The notes under the pieces are model-generated. The model was not told the origin of the DNA. It saw only the letters and a list, made by a program, of their open reading frames with translations, and made no database searches. Source: Lytechinus pictus (lineage: Eukaryota). Taken from it: 64,000 nucleotides of DNA. Made by a program: the position numbers and the translations under genes. The stretch covers positions 15,192,001-15,256,000 of the forward strand of contig NC_087252.1 of the NCBI RefSeq assembly GCF_037042905.1, in the 5' to 3' direction. This document shows positions 46,881 through 60,828 of the stretch, in pieces; position 1 is the first letter of the stretch; each line of letters starts with the position of its first letter.

Positions 46881-49800
46881 ATCTCGGAATCTCTCTCTCC
46901 CTCTCACACACACACACCCACCCACCCATTTTCCCTTTACTCTTAATCCGTAATGCTAATTCTATTTTATTTCCTGCTAGAGATACAGTCCCTCATTTGT
47001 ACAGTATACCAATGACACATCAAAGAATCTCCAAAAGTGATTCATAAATAGTCCTGACACTGTCTCTTCTTCAAGTACATTGCAGTCGTATATATATTGA
47101 AATCTTAGAATAAAGCAGGTAGTAATATGCTGTGTTTTCTTTTAAACCTTGCATATATTATTGAAATACTGGCCAATTTCCTCATCTTTGTTAGTGGACT
47201 GGAATCTGATTTTATATTGGATTGAAATCACTGAGTTTTACGATCTCATAACAACTCATACTACACCTACGTAGCTGACGGCTAGAATGTTTCAATTTCT
47301 GATACACTGACGCTTTTGTGAAATGCTGCTAATCTGAACTGGTACAGCCTTTTATTCCACTGGAAGCTGCTTTTTGTAATGTACTGGTAGATTGAATTTT
47401 TGGGTAATATTCAAAAGAAATACATGTATACATATATTTTTATCTCTATGTTCATGTCTTTGTTCCTGTATGTATTTATAAATTGAGTATAGATGTGACT
47501 ATCAAGGGGGTGTTGCGAGAAAATATTTGCAGTCAATTGCAAAATTGATGTTGCTTGGTTGCTATTGATATATCAATTGCAACTACATGTATATGTATAG
47601 CAATGTGACTTTCACTCCTTGTTGCAAGAAGCAGAAAAGGGCCCAGTCTTACAAAGATTTGAGATTGATCCAATCAACCACAACTATCATGGAAAGCCAG
47701 CTACATCAACATCATTCATGCGTGTTTGTTCAAAATATGATGTATATATTCATACATTCATTGTTATCTTGAAAAGTCAGTGTGCTTCTCTTTGTTTTAT
47801 AATACAAAGGACATTGTTCAAATTTTTTGTAGAAGATATTATGACACTGATGGATTTCCATGGAATTAAGGTTGACTGGTTCAATCATAACTCTCAGTAA
47901 GATGGGGCCCAGCAATCAAATGCGTATTTGCAATTAATTGAAAGGTTTATGATTGATTTGGGGACCTGAAATCGACTTGCAATCAATTGCAAGTGTTTTT
48001 GCAACACTCCATATTAAGGTGAGTTTAATGACACTTTGCAGAACGGGGACATGTTGAACTACGAGTTGCAATCAAACGCAACTCTAAAAAAAATCATTCA
48101 CAACTTGATTTTCAGCCAAGCAAAAGCGTGCATTTGGATTGTGTGGGATTTTGCTTACTTGCATTTAAACTTGACTCTTTCTATAACAATCTCCAGAGCT
48201 CCAAAATGCAAAGCATACGTAGACCTTAGCTATTGATCGAAGGGTTTATTTTTTTTTAGGAACGATTGAATTGATCATTCTGCATTCAGTCAATTGCCAC
48301 ACTTTGGGATTCAGGGGGCGTACACACTATATTTCAAGTCAAACTCTTCAGCCTTATAGAATTTGATATTACTAGCAAAACTTATCTCAAATTACAATAG
48401 CAAAAGGATCTTATGATTTCATGGATGCCGATTTTCAGACTGAATCTACTTGTATATCAAACTTTACCTTCATCAATGTCTTTTAGAAGTGTAAGGGAGG
48501 GTAACTTTGTTTTATTACAAGTTTGATTTTTTTGACTGTTTGCTGTTGTGGAATCACTGCTTGTGAATAAAACATTGTGAATATGTACGGGGATCATTTA
48601 TGTATTTTAAAAGTAAATACTAATTTAATTGTATTCAGGAAAAAAAATCAATCATGATGAGGGTACATATTAACTGTTTGCAATCGAGAATCCATCTATT
48701 TAATTTTATCATTTACTCACATTAAAATTGAGTATTTTTCTGTGAATATAACAATGACCCAAGCCCATCTCTTATCTAAATTGAGTTGAATAATTATTAA
48801 TTATTATGCACTTTTTAATAAATCTTCGAATATAATTGTTATTATTATGAAAATTGGATTTGTTGCATATACATGTACATGAACTAAACTTGTGTGTAAT
48901 GTATATCCTGGAATTTCATCCTAAAATGGTCCAAAATGAAACGAAATGAGCAAAAGCCCTCATTGGACATACACAAAAATCATTCAATTTTTCTTCATTT
49001 ACTCAAACTGAACTACACTAGTATCATGGGCTTGAGTGATTTTCCTATTCATATACTCACTCAATTGTGTGTTTTATTGCTGTTTGGATTTCTAATAATT
49101 ACTTTTTTTAAAGTGTTGTTTTGAATAATATGACTAATGAGTGTTTTTCATTTTCTCTTTTCATCCCTTCATGGCCTCCCCCCTCCTTCCCAAACCATCT
49201 CTATTACTACCTTTGTATTCCATGTCCTTCTGCTTTTGCTTAATAACGTATCAAAAAAATATAAATAACTTTCATGCTTATTAATTTGCCATCGGATAAT
49301 CATATTTTGGGGATTTGATTTTAATATTCTTTAAAACAATAAATAACCAATGGACATAAAACCTTATCATTCTCTAATTGATGTGCATATCATACACATG
49401 ACCTGGTATTTCTTATAACTGAAAAAAAATCTGATCATATATATTCTCATGTGATTTTATTATATTTTCCTGCATGCCTTGTCATATCTCGTCTCTAAAT
49501 TTATTCAATGATGTTTATGCCAATTGATGACACAATTTGTTTCTCTGAAAAAATGTAATTTTTCCTATTTTGCTATTTTTTTTAAATATTTCAAACTGTT
49601 CACATCCCTAACTACAAGTATCATTCAATTTCTTTGCAATTATTCCTCTCATTAATCAAACATTTCAATCATGAATCTATCATCATAATGAATTTTTATT
49701 GATGTCCGATTTTGAACATGTATCTGAATAAAAACATTGATATTTTGTTGAGGTTTGATAACTTTCTTTTTGGTTTTTACTATAAATTGCTTGAAATTGT

Positions 49801-50192
49801 TTATTAATTTACATCTTTTGACGCTTTCCCATTGTGTGTCTGCCAATCCCCTGTTTTACCTGCCATCATTGTTTGTCTGTCTGTCTGTCTGTGTGTTCAA
49901 TCATCGGTGACCATCTATCTGGGGGTAATTTCATCATCAACCTTTGGCATGTACTGCACATCATGTACTGTACATCATTTGTTTTATTTTTAAAATTGGC
50001 ATGGTTCATATTCTTGCTTTCACTTTTATATATCTCATGCATTTCCTGTATGATTCATGTATACTAATCCATTTTATGTATATTATTTTCTTTACTTTCT
50101 ATTCTGTTCTTTTTTTGTATTTAAAAAATTATTCAAAAAAATTATGAACATATCTAATGCATTATTGACCCGATAACATATCTGTCCCCACT

Positions 50193-50395
50193 CTCATCAT
50201 CATCATCATCATCATAATCACCATTGTCATTATTCACATTATCATCATCATCATTACCGTCATCATCATCCACATCAACACCATCATCATCGTCATGATT
50301 ACCATCATTATCATCATCATTATCACCAACATCATCATCAATGTCAACATCATCATCAACATCATCATTATCATCATCATCATCATCATCATCAA
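50193..50395. repeat. (CAT)n microsatellite
   Basis: Directly visible. Confidence 0.95.
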
Positions 50396-50554
50396 TTCTT
50401 TGTTATTATTGTTCTTGGCTTCGTTATTGTCACCTTTACCCCAAATATGATTTAGAATGTTCTCTGAATTCATTCATTGCTTTATTGCTTTCTATTTTTT
50501 TCTACGTTGTATTCACACCCACATGCACATGCGTCCACGCTACCTTCATCGTAC

Positions 50555-51075
50555 TCCCAATGACCTACCACACCCCTCCCTCTCCCCCCCCCCCTACGGT
50601 CCACCATACCCCCTCCCATCATTCCCAAACGTCTTCCTCTTATCATACCTATCCTAACTGGTTTGCTGTCTAACACACACCCCACTCAATTTTCATTGAT
50701 CATACCCCCATGACCTACCACACCCCTCCCTGATACCCCCACGATCTCTTTCACACCCCTCCCTCATTCCCAGTCTTCTTTCTTTCATCACAATAATTGG
50801 TTCACTGTCTAAAACACACACACCCCATCCTTTCATCATACCCCCCATGACTTACATGTACCACACCCCTCCCTAATACCCTGATGATCTCTTTCACACC
50901 CCTCCCTCATTCCCAATCTTTCCTTCATCACAATAATTGGTTTGCTGTCTAACACACACACCCTATGTTTTCTTCATCATACCCCCATGACCTACCACAC
51001 CCCTCCCTCATACCCCCATGGTCTCATTCCCAATCTTCTACCTCTCATCACACCAATCTTAACTTGGTTTGCCGT
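50555..51075. repeat. ~140-bp pyrimidine-rich tandem repeat, 4 copies
   Basis: ATGACCTACCACACCCCTCCC...TGGTTTGCTGTCTAACACACAC repeated. Confidence 0.85.
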
Positions 51076-51133
51076 GTTACTTACGTGGAAACACCCTGGA
51101 TCGTCCTAACTTCGGGCACCGTTGACACCGCAG

Positions 51134-51211
51134 CGCCCTTAAGCTGCGGTCGGCGCACACAAGCCCAGAGAGGGCTTCCGGTGCCGGCACCCCTTCCAAA
51201 ACCGCCTTGCC
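51134..51211 (+). CDS. AMPD2: AMP deaminase putative 78-nt cassette exon (phase 2 to 2; ALKLRSAHTSPERASGAGTPSKTAL)
   Basis: CCTAAC branch-like motif, GCAG acceptor, CC|GTGAGT donor, open in the required frame, GC-rich island. Confidence 0.65.
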
Positions 51212-52586
51212 GTGAGTTGCCTTTAAACATGGGCGTACAATACTTGCAAGAAATCATCAGCTGGTTATCTCAAAAACCTTCTATTCTCCTCATAGCCTTA
51301 CGCAACTGGGGGGGGGGGGGGCAATAGCCCCCTCCAGAAATGTTGAAAACTAACAATTTTACCATAAAGAAGTGCAGAGAAATCTTTAAATTAACTCTAG
51401 AAAATACGAAAGCATCTGCTTGAGTTTATTAAAAAAGAATTATGTGTCTAGCCTCCCCCCAAGATTTTTTTTCATATGATCATCGTACCACTATGAAAAT
51501 TAAAAATATCAAAATAAGAATGGTTTTCTTAAATATGGGTTTATGAGCTGACAGTTTGCCGGTTTCTTGGAAGTATTTATGCCCATGTTTTTCTTTTTTT
51601 ACTAATTCATAGTTTTTCAAAGCACAGCAAATACACTCCAATATCGTATACCATAGCAAAGAGCAGTACGACTATAAAGTTTCAAGATCATTTTGATATC
51701 TCACACTTTATCACCCAAAGCTGTATTTGTTTGATTTTTTTGTTGAATATATCTATAACTATCATTTTGGATTTGTGCTTGAACTTGTGAATATAAGAAA
51801 AATAAAAGATACATGGAGGTGAATTGCAATTAACTTAATGTACTAAAGAAAACAAATTGTTCCACTGTAATGTTATATAATATTAATGGAGTGTGTTTGC
51901 TATGTGTCAGGGGCATTTTGCACATCCTTAATGGTAACTCCACCATCAATTGTAACTACCTTGGTAACCTTGCTCAACAGCCAATCAAAATCAAGGATTC
52001 CATTGATGTATAATTGGTGGAAAAGCTACCATTAATGGAAAGTTTTATGCACGGGGCTAAATTCATATTTCATATTTTGGGTTGGATTTTATCTTGCAAC
52101 ATGCATGTGTTGAGATTAAATTCGAGTTATGAGAAGTTAAACATTCAGTTTTGCATGGTGTTAATAATTCATTATACTTTTACATCATAAACAATATGGT
52201 GAAGGGGTCTAAAAAAACTGTGAATGGGGGAATACTAGTAATTCATATCCCACCACTGACTACCATTGAATTATTTGTATCTGAAATGGATGATTTGTTT
52301 AGAATTATAACGATGTTTTATACCCTATGAAGACTGGGCACATTCACATTTCCTCATCTAATCATCAGTTGAACATGAAAACAGTTTTATTACCACCGAC
52401 CTTACAATGACTTGTTGCATTGAATCAGTTTGGATTTATTTTTGTAATAATGATAATAATAATAATAATGATGGTGATTTCGTCTTGAGTGCACACACCG
52501 TCCAAAGACTAATATGCTAGCCAAGGAACAGAACCTTTGGATAAATAAAACTACAAATATAAATGTAAACAAAGTCAACAGAGATC

Positions 52587-52758
52587 TGGGGCCCGTTTCA
52601 TATAGGATTTGCAACTGTTGTAACTTTGCCATAATGGCAACTACCGTGGTACAGTAACAGGGCTCAGCAGCCAATCACAATCAAGGTTACCATGGTACAT
52701 GTAGTTGCCATAATGGCAAAGTTACAACAGTTGCAAGTCCTTTATGAAACTGGCCCCT
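52587..52758. mobile_element. palindromic MITE (similar small elements at about 33990-34112, 47505-48010, 51911-52058, 58124-58245)
   Basis: GGGGCCCGTTTCATA...GCAACTGTTGTAACTTTGCCAT and ATGGCAAAGTTACAACAGTTGC...TATGAAACTGGCCCC. Confidence 0.7.
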
Positions 52759-54257
52759 AATGTTACTATATATTCCAAATGCTACATAATTTACAAAAAA
52801 AAAGAAGAAGTACAGTTTATGAATCATGTTTAATGTTGATTACTTCTATGATATTTTATACGCTATGATAACACCATAGTTTTTTCTGTTATTTATTTGA
52901 AAAATTCATCAAACTTGGATCTTGGAACTGTACTTCTTATATCATAAACAAGTACGTATAAACAGGTGGATGTTCACGTGATAAACATTGTTAAATTGCC
53001 TACATGTAGGTGGAGGCTATTTTCATCTTTATTCTCAGCTATTATTAGCCGACGATAATTAAAATGGCTTAGTTCCTGGATTATACATCTATAAATACTT
53101 TCTCCTCCTCATTGCGTTGGCGGACGAACCTTTGCATAACTGTGGTTACATAAATGCCTTACATACGTGACCTTCCAGCGTTCAGATCTTTTTTCCCTCT
53201 TTGTTTGAAGACAGTAATCAGCAATGGGATGAATGTGACTATTATAGAACAAAGAGCAATTAACAGTGGGATTTTTTTTTTTCATTTTAGCTTGAAATAT
53301 ATATACCTTCCCCATAGGATGAAACATGAATAGTTCGTCGCTTGCCAATTTGACTTCTGTTCCAAATAGAGTCGGTTGATCACGAGGAGTAGAGTATTTT
53401 TAACCGGATAACGAAAAAAAGTATATAAGCGATTTTAGTTTGAAAGCCGGTGCTCATTTGGACACAGCTTGTGCGTTTCATCGTAATACATGCGTGCAAA
53501 TCAAGCCCTTATCGCGAACTCACCTCTTCCGTGGTAATCTGAAGAAATTGGCCGACCGACACCGTGCATTGGTCAACGTGCTTCTACTTCGTAGGGATTC
53601 CAAATTCAATTAAACACTTAATCATTTTTCCTCGGATCATCACACTTTTAATGTAGGTCTGCTGATTGATTCAAATTTGGTCCTTTGCGTCTGATTCATT
53701 GTTACATGTACATCTGATATTTTTAGAACGATTTTTAAAGAATTATTTTTGTATGTTTGTGCTACAGACCCATAGGGAAAAGTACGTTAAACTTGGTCAA
53801 CCCATTTAATCCTCTCATGATAGATGCACATTAATTATGCGTGTATCATGAAGTGCATAAATAAGATTTTTCTCCGGGGGGGGGGGGATGAGACAATGAC
53901 AACCCTCTCATATAGGCTCCTCTATAAGATTTGAAAATTGAGGGAGGGGCATCTCCAATCCATCTCCCCCCCCCCCCCGGAGAAAAATCCTTTTCATGCA
54001 CCTCATGTTACATGCGTCATCAATTCACCTACATAATGGTTATAGGGAATACATATCGGGATTAATATCAAAAGAGCTAAAATAAACTCTCTTCGTAATG
54101 AACTAATAACGCTCTCAAAGACATACAATGCATCCTTTCGGATCCATAATAACATACAAAACAGCTTCGGACTTGGATGAGAGATTAGATTGGGCTGGAA
54201 CGGGAAGCAGCTTATGTTTGTATGACTTCTATTCTCTCTGTGGATGTTTGCCTTTAG

Positions 54258-54423
54258 GTCTCATTCTAAGAACTTTGAGATGGATGATGATGCCGAGGAT
54301 GATATCTCCCAGCTCAAAGACACCATCAGCACCGATGAACTACAGGACTCGTTCAGTCACATGACATCGCAGCTCAGTCTGGAGTATCAACGTGTATCGA
54401 TCAGTGGGGAGGACATGAGTGGG
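54258..54423 (+). CDS. AMPD2: AMP deaminase exon (phase 2 to 0; SHSKNFEM...LEYQRVSISGEDMSG)
   Basis: TTTAG acceptor, GGG|GTAAGT donor; EYQRVSISGE matches the AMPD FQRVTISGE motif. Confidence 0.92.
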
Positions 54424-54608
54424 GTAAGTCATAATAATAATTGTACATTTATGCTGCGCATTTTCTATATGTGTATACTCAACTTCGTATTACAATACTT
54501 GGTGAAATAGTTAAGATAAATAAACAAAAGTATGTTCAAGTTATAATTACAGGAAAAGGGAAGCAGCTTCTGTCTCTACAAATTACATTATAACAGAAAG
54601 TGACTTAT

Positions 54609-54800
54609 TTATTGACACTCTCTTGAAAAAAGGTAGGTTGTTAGTTTAGTTTTGAACAAGGTAACAGATAATGTGTTTCTTATAGAGGAAGGGAGACTAC
54701 TCCAGAGTTTGGGTGTAGCACTAACAAAGGCATGGTCGCCACGTGTAATCTTTGTTTTAAAAGGTGGGTGACTGAGGAGCATGGTGTCCCTGATGAGAAC
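54609..54800 (-). mobile_element. 3' fragment of a CR1/L2-group LINE
   Basis: RGDHAFVSATPKLWSSLP...FKTKLTTYLF. Confidence 0.65.
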
Positions 54801-55207
54801 GTTGAAGTTTGTAGGTGATTTCAATGTAACTATAGTCTCAGTCAAAACTTTCATTTTTATACTGTACAACAATTATAGTCATTCATACAAGTCATACATG
54901 TAGGTATCATAGAGGGTATTTCCAAGAATTACAGGTAAGGGGTGCCTTTATTCTATTAATTTTTATAGGGTCGCAAAGGGCTGGAAATTTGGGAAAATTT
55001 CCATGGAAAGTTTAAGGAATTTTTGAATTTTCTTTTTTTTCTCACAATTCTGATCAATTGTGTTTTTAAAAACAAAATTGTATAATTCTTCATTCTTTGA
55101 ATTGCTCAGGTTATAAAATATTTTTCAAACTGTACATAAATACATTAAATGTATATGTACATGTACATGTATGTACAGTATCCTTTTAATACTTAATAAC
55201 AGTTTAA

Positions 55208-55792
55208 AGGAGAATGAAACCTTTGGAACAAGATAGCTTGTGTGAAAACAGAAAAATCAAAGAAACAGATCAACAAAAGTTTGAGAAAAATCGGACAAAT
55301 AATGAGAAAGTTATGAGCATTTCAATATTGCGATCACTAATACTATGGAGATCTTCACATTGGTAATGCGACAAAGATGTGTGAAGTCACTTGTGAACAA
55401 CTCTCCCCAATACTTTAATATATATTTCACTTAAACTGCCTCTTTTATCACATCTATCAGTAGATCATGTGTTCTTTCTATAGGAGGGCATGTAATACAG
55501 ATTTCTAAAGAATACATCATGGATAAAGAGTTTGTATCACCATAAGAAAAAGCAAAAAGAGACATTTTAGGGGTATTTTATAGTCCATCAAAGGGAAAGT
55601 TGTTCACATGTGACATCACACATCCTTGTCGCATTGCCAATAGGAGGATCTACATAGCATTAGTGATTGCAATATTCAAATGCTCATAACTTTCTCATTA
55701 TTTGTCCAATCTTTATCAAACTTTCTTTGATCATATTCTTTGATTTTTCTCTTTCCACACAAGCCCACTTGTTCCAAGGGTTTCATTCCCCT
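55208..55792. mobile_element. Kolobok-like MITE with ~190-bp TIRs
   Basis: TTAA|AGGAGAATGAAACC ... GGTTTCATTCCCCT|TTAA. Confidence 0.8.
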
Positions 55793-55978
55793 TTAACATG
55801 GAGCATAATGTACAAAATCAAGCCTCAATTCAACATGAAAAAAGGTGTAGGCCTACACTATTTCATTTTCTTAGTTTCTATCAATGTCAAGGGTTATAAT
55901 GATCATTTCTATGATCAAATTGATTTTCCAAAGTGAGGCCATATTAACTGATCCATATATGTTTTCTGAAAAATTAAG

Positions 55979-56156
55979 GTTCCCCCGGAAGATCTCCACC
56001 ACGCCTCTCTGTCGTTGGTTGAAGCGTTGTTGATCCGTGAGAAGTACATGGATCTTGCCTCGCAGTCGTTCCCGAGGACTACGACATACTTCTTGAGACA
56101 AGTAGACCGCAAGCCATTGAATCTCGATGAATCAAGCTCTATTGAAGATGTACATA
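55979..56156 (+). CDS. AMPD2: AMP deaminase exon (phase 0 to 1; VPPEDLHHASLSLVEALLIREKYMDLASQSFPRTT...)
   Basis: AAG acceptor, A|GTGAGT donor; ALxIREKYM...QSF AMPD motif; absent from the ORF track. Confidence 0.95.
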
Positions 56157-56755
56157 GTGAGTATTCAGTATTTAACCGATGAAATAAAGTAGCAAAACCA
56201 TTTTTAGTATCATGAAAAAATTCACATTCTATAAAACATAAAATTAAAGCTGTACACTTCAACTCTGATGAAACATGCAGTTTTTTTTTTACAAAAGTGT
56301 AGTCTTAGTTGATCAGAATTTTCTTATCCGCAATTAGATTTCAAATGGCAGTGACATATTTTACTTCTTTGAGTCCTGTTGTTCTTTCAAAATGGCTGCA
56401 AATAGCAGGGGACATGTTCACAGTATGTGAACAACTGACAAACTTCTCGAACAAGACAGAAAAGGACATACAAATATCTACATCAGAGTCACTTTGCAAG
56501 TACATGTAAATGTGTGTTTGGACTAAACCAAAATACTAAATTTTAATAATTAAAATACCAACATGCTTATATAGCCCATATCATTGCCAAATGCGTCCCT
56601 ATGAGCTCTTTGAAGACAGACAGAAAATCTCAGAAAAGAAACAAAATACTTGGCTATCATAGCACTACAGTGTTACTAATGCTTTTAGTGAACATTTTCT
56701 TTGGACTCATTGGCCCGTATCCTGAAGTCAGTTTCAAGTTAGACCATGGTCTACC

Positions 56756-57596
56756 CATGGACCTATTACGAATGGACATTCAACGAGAGCATTTTATGAC
56801 CACCACCTGTTTCCAGCTGTCAAAATTGCTGTCTAACCCTTAACTTTCTCTTTACGCGGTTTTTACAACGACCGCCCGGGGTGATTGTTTACACAAGCTC
56901 CTTTCGCCCGATGATCGTCACCGATCGATCACTGGCCCTCTTTCGACCAAAGACGGTCATGTTGTAGCCCCGATTGCCAATAGGGAAAGTCCTTACATTA
57001 CCTAGAATGCAATGCGCAATTCATATCCGGTTTTTCAGTACATTATTTTAGGCTCTCTATAATGTGCGATTGTCGTCTGTCCATCAAAAAAATCCTGTTA
57101 AATTTCATCAATCCTGTGGAATTTTATGCCCAAATGAAAATCAACTTCTGACCGAAGGTAAGCGCTACTATCGACATCGATACTGTCCGAAAAAGCTGAG
57201 ATTTTAACGTTTTTCCGCAGATTTTTTCGTCGAATTTCAACTGCTTTTTTGCCGTAGATATACGGATCTGCAAGGTGATGTCAATGCATTTCATTTCCGG
57301 TTGTTAGCGATGTACGTAAAAAATACGTTTATGCACGCCTGTTTTCTTGTTTCTGCTATCATTTTCATAGCGCTAACGTTCGCTGCTGTGCGTTGCTTTT
57401 GATAAAGTGAACGAACAACATCGCAATGGGTAGGAGCAGCGTACAATTGATTTCCGCTGTCAATCAGTGAGAGCGTGTTTTACGACCGGCTTGATGGGTG
57501 TCAGCTGCCAGCGCTCTGTTTATAAAAGGATTAGCGGCGACGGTCTCTGTGTCAAAGGAGGGGATTCGTTGAATGTCCATTCGTAATAGGTCCATG
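56756..57596. mobile_element. P-element-like non-autonomous transposon nested in another MITE (about 56712-57870)
   Basis: Perfect 31-bp TIR CATGGACCTATTACGAATGGACATTCAACGA; 7-bp TSD GTCTACC. Confidence 0.8.
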
Positions 57597-57988
57597 GTCT
57601 ACCTCTGTGCTAAAATTATGGGAAGCCAAAAGTGTCAAAATTTTTATTAAGTTTTCTTATGTTTACTGTGCTCTTTCCTGATTCATCCATGGTGAGGTGA
57701 AGACAATCATCTAGTTATACTTCCTTAACAATTATGAATGATTTGAGAGCAAAATGAGCTGAAATATGATGTCTCTACTGTTAGTGATTTATGTAACAAT
57801 TGGCTATCCATACTTAAACCACAACTTTAAACCTGAGTTTAAGCTAAACCCGACTTGAGAATACAGGCCTCTATATCTTTATATCTGAAAATTGAATAGA
57901 AAATTGTAATCATTTATTCAAGAAATAAATCAGAATACTGGGCAAAGATACACAATTTTGAATTGTTATGTTTGTGCATTATTGATAG

Positions 57989-58042
57989 TAAGTAGCAAGA
58001 AGAGCCGGGAGTCCGCTAAAAGCCCCAACAAAGAAATCGAAT
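57989..58042 (+). CDS. AMPD2: AMP deaminase putative 54-nt cassette exon (phase 1 to 1; ISSKKSRESAKSPNKEIE)
   Basis: TAG acceptor, T|GTAAGT donor, open frame, symmetric phase. Confidence 0.65.
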
Positions 58043-60828
58043 GTAAGTTTGTGTGTGAAACCCTCCCCCTCTCTGAACTGCTGATTTGGAACCTAACCTC
58101 AACAATCTGATGTGAACTAGAAAAGGGGCATGTTTCACGAGGCAGCAAGTCTGTTATAAGCCACTGAAATCCTTGCGTCTGATTGGCTGAGAGCAAGATT
58201 TGCCAGTGATCTTCTTGGACTAGATGCTTCGTGAAATACTCCCCCTTGCACATGGATTTGTTTCTTCTCATTTTCTGTGAATTGCTTCATCTTGATGTGA
58301 GTTATCGCACTCTAGTATTAATCTCTACAGAAAAAACAAACAAATTGGCTACTTTAAAACTATCCATTTATGCTTCTTCTATTCTTAAATACAAAACTTT
58401 AGGGTAAATTTGAATTGAGTGGGTTTTTTTTGGTGTGTTTGTAAGTGTTGTGCTCTATGGCATTTTTTCCCCCAAAGATTACATAAAATCTTTCCCCTGA
58501 ACAAAAATTGATTGAAGTTGGTTAGTAACAGGAAGATTCACTATAAATGTAATTATTATCAATCTTTTCAAGCTCTGATAAAGCAACATTTATAGGCTTC
58601 TTATTATTATTACCAGGTTTTCTGTACTTTACATTTTCTCTACTCTTAAGCCCGCCACATGCTACACTCTCTGACTTCATCACAATATCGAACAAATAGT
58701 TTCTTCCATTAGATATGAAATATCCATGAAGTAAAATGATTTAATTTGCAGTTCGGAATAATGCTGAATACTAAGATCAGAATTCTGCTTTGCTATGGGC
58801 TTCATAACCGGATTCAAGTCACAGCTAATGAAGAAGTCTTATGATTTAGCATTGAATTTTGTTTTTTTTCCTACAAAGTACGAGGACGATTGAAATAGAC
58901 TGGAAATTATTTTTAGTATTCATACCACTATTCAGAACTTTGATGGTTACGATTTTATAGATCGGAATGTTCGTTTCACTTTCTTTGAAAATTGGATTGC
59001 ACCGGATCATGTAGCGTTCCCAGACTTAGACTTAAGAGTGAAAAGAATAGTGATTGTATGTGTATTACTATAATAGATGTTCTGGTTGCAAATAATATTA
59101 AAGTTAAAGTAATAATGCAACTTGTAAAGCGCTCATACATGTATCTTGTCGTATCTTGCTTTAGGGCATTGTATACATTGTAATTCTGGCTGTAGTGAAA
59201 CGTCCATTCCTGTACACAAGCAAATGAATATACTTCCTTTTCAGTTATCAAATACAAAGAAAGTTGTTAGTTAATTTATTTATTTAGAACAAAATAAGGA
59301 CCTTTGTTTTAAATGGTAATATTGTTGTCATCTTGTATATTTCATATTAAATACATGTGTATTGAAGTAAATAGATTGGTTTAAATATTTTTTTTCAATT
59401 ATATTTCATGCATTTGAAATAGTCTCGTGTAGCAGGGTATTATTTTAAACAGCAAATGACTAAATATTTGTGAAATATAAAGCACAAAGACATGCAACAT
59501 CAACTATTAAAACTAGTTTGGATGTGACTTTGTCATCCATCCCATGTTAAAGCCAGTTCGTAGTTCCTTTCTGCACATGATCAAAAGATTCTGCGCATGA
59601 TCAGAGGAAGGTCATTGGTAATAAAGTGACATGGTGGTTTGAAATTTAATGAGATAAGCACCAACTTTGATGTCTTGATTATTCATATATTCTTTTAAAT
59701 TGTGTTTTTCATTTACATCCACAAAAAACAACAATGCGTCCACGACCAACTGGTATTTCACAGTTTGCCAAGTACATTGTGCATCATGCTATAATATGCA
59801 TTCAAAGTAGAAATGAAACAAATACCTTCATAAAGTGTTCATTGGTGTGCTTTCCTAGTCACCTGGTCTATTCAATTTCTTCATCCTGCTATGTAAGGCA
59901 AGCTTACGTAATATCTTGCTTTGAAATCTGCTTATCATAATGAAAGAAATGAAAGGTAATTTGACCAAAATTGTCCATGAAGTAACTACGAACTGGTCTA
60001 TTCCATATATACATGTAATAACCTAACTTGGATTTTAAAGGTGTATTAATTGTTTGATTAATGATGTACATGTATGCATGTGTGTTCAGGAGTTCAGTTT
60101 TTGTGACTGGCATATATGTATGTAATTTTCATAATACATCCAAACCATCAACATGGAGTACTTGATGTAATTAAAGAATGGGCTTGTGAATAAAAAGGAA
60201 GGAGCATTTTTTGAGTAGGATAGTATTAGAATCAAGCAAAGAAAATAATTTTGTTCAACCTTAAAAAAATGAAAGAAGATTATGATAGGAAAAAGGAAAA
60301 TTAATATTGAAAGAAAAGATGACTAGGATGATGTCATACCTTTGCTCTTAAGTGCAATGTAATCATAATACCCCACCCCTACCCCACCCCCCCAAAAAAA
60401 AATGGAAAACTTACAATAAAAACCTGGAATATAAGAAAAAAGAAGGAAATAGTGTAGAAAAGGGTAAATTAAACTTGGGAAAAATATTATTTTTTTAAAT
60501 CTTGATAGGTTTAAAGTAACAAAGTTAAGGGAAACCCATAGTTTTAAATGATAGAATAATGATGTAGATGCATGAATTCCATAAAATACATTTCATGTAT
60601 TGAGATTTCAATAACAACATCTTCATAATCCTGTATACATGTACATATGTATTTATAGGCTGCCTTCATCCATACAACATAATGAGTTGATATCCATATA
60701 GCATCAACTATTATCATCAGTGTGACAATTTCATCATCAAGACCGTGTCTCTCATCTTTATATAAACTTATTAGTTTTTTTCTGTGCAAATATGTGTAAA
60801 TTCCCTTTTACTTCATTGCAGTCTTTGT

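Noticed and set aside
50234..50473. Poly-Met and poly-Ser ORFs
   Set aside because: (CAT)n microsatellite
51076..51270. Nested minus-strand exon ending at AC|GTAAGT near 51084
   Set aside because: No partner exons found; the + strand cassette exon explains the GC-rich island with correct phases
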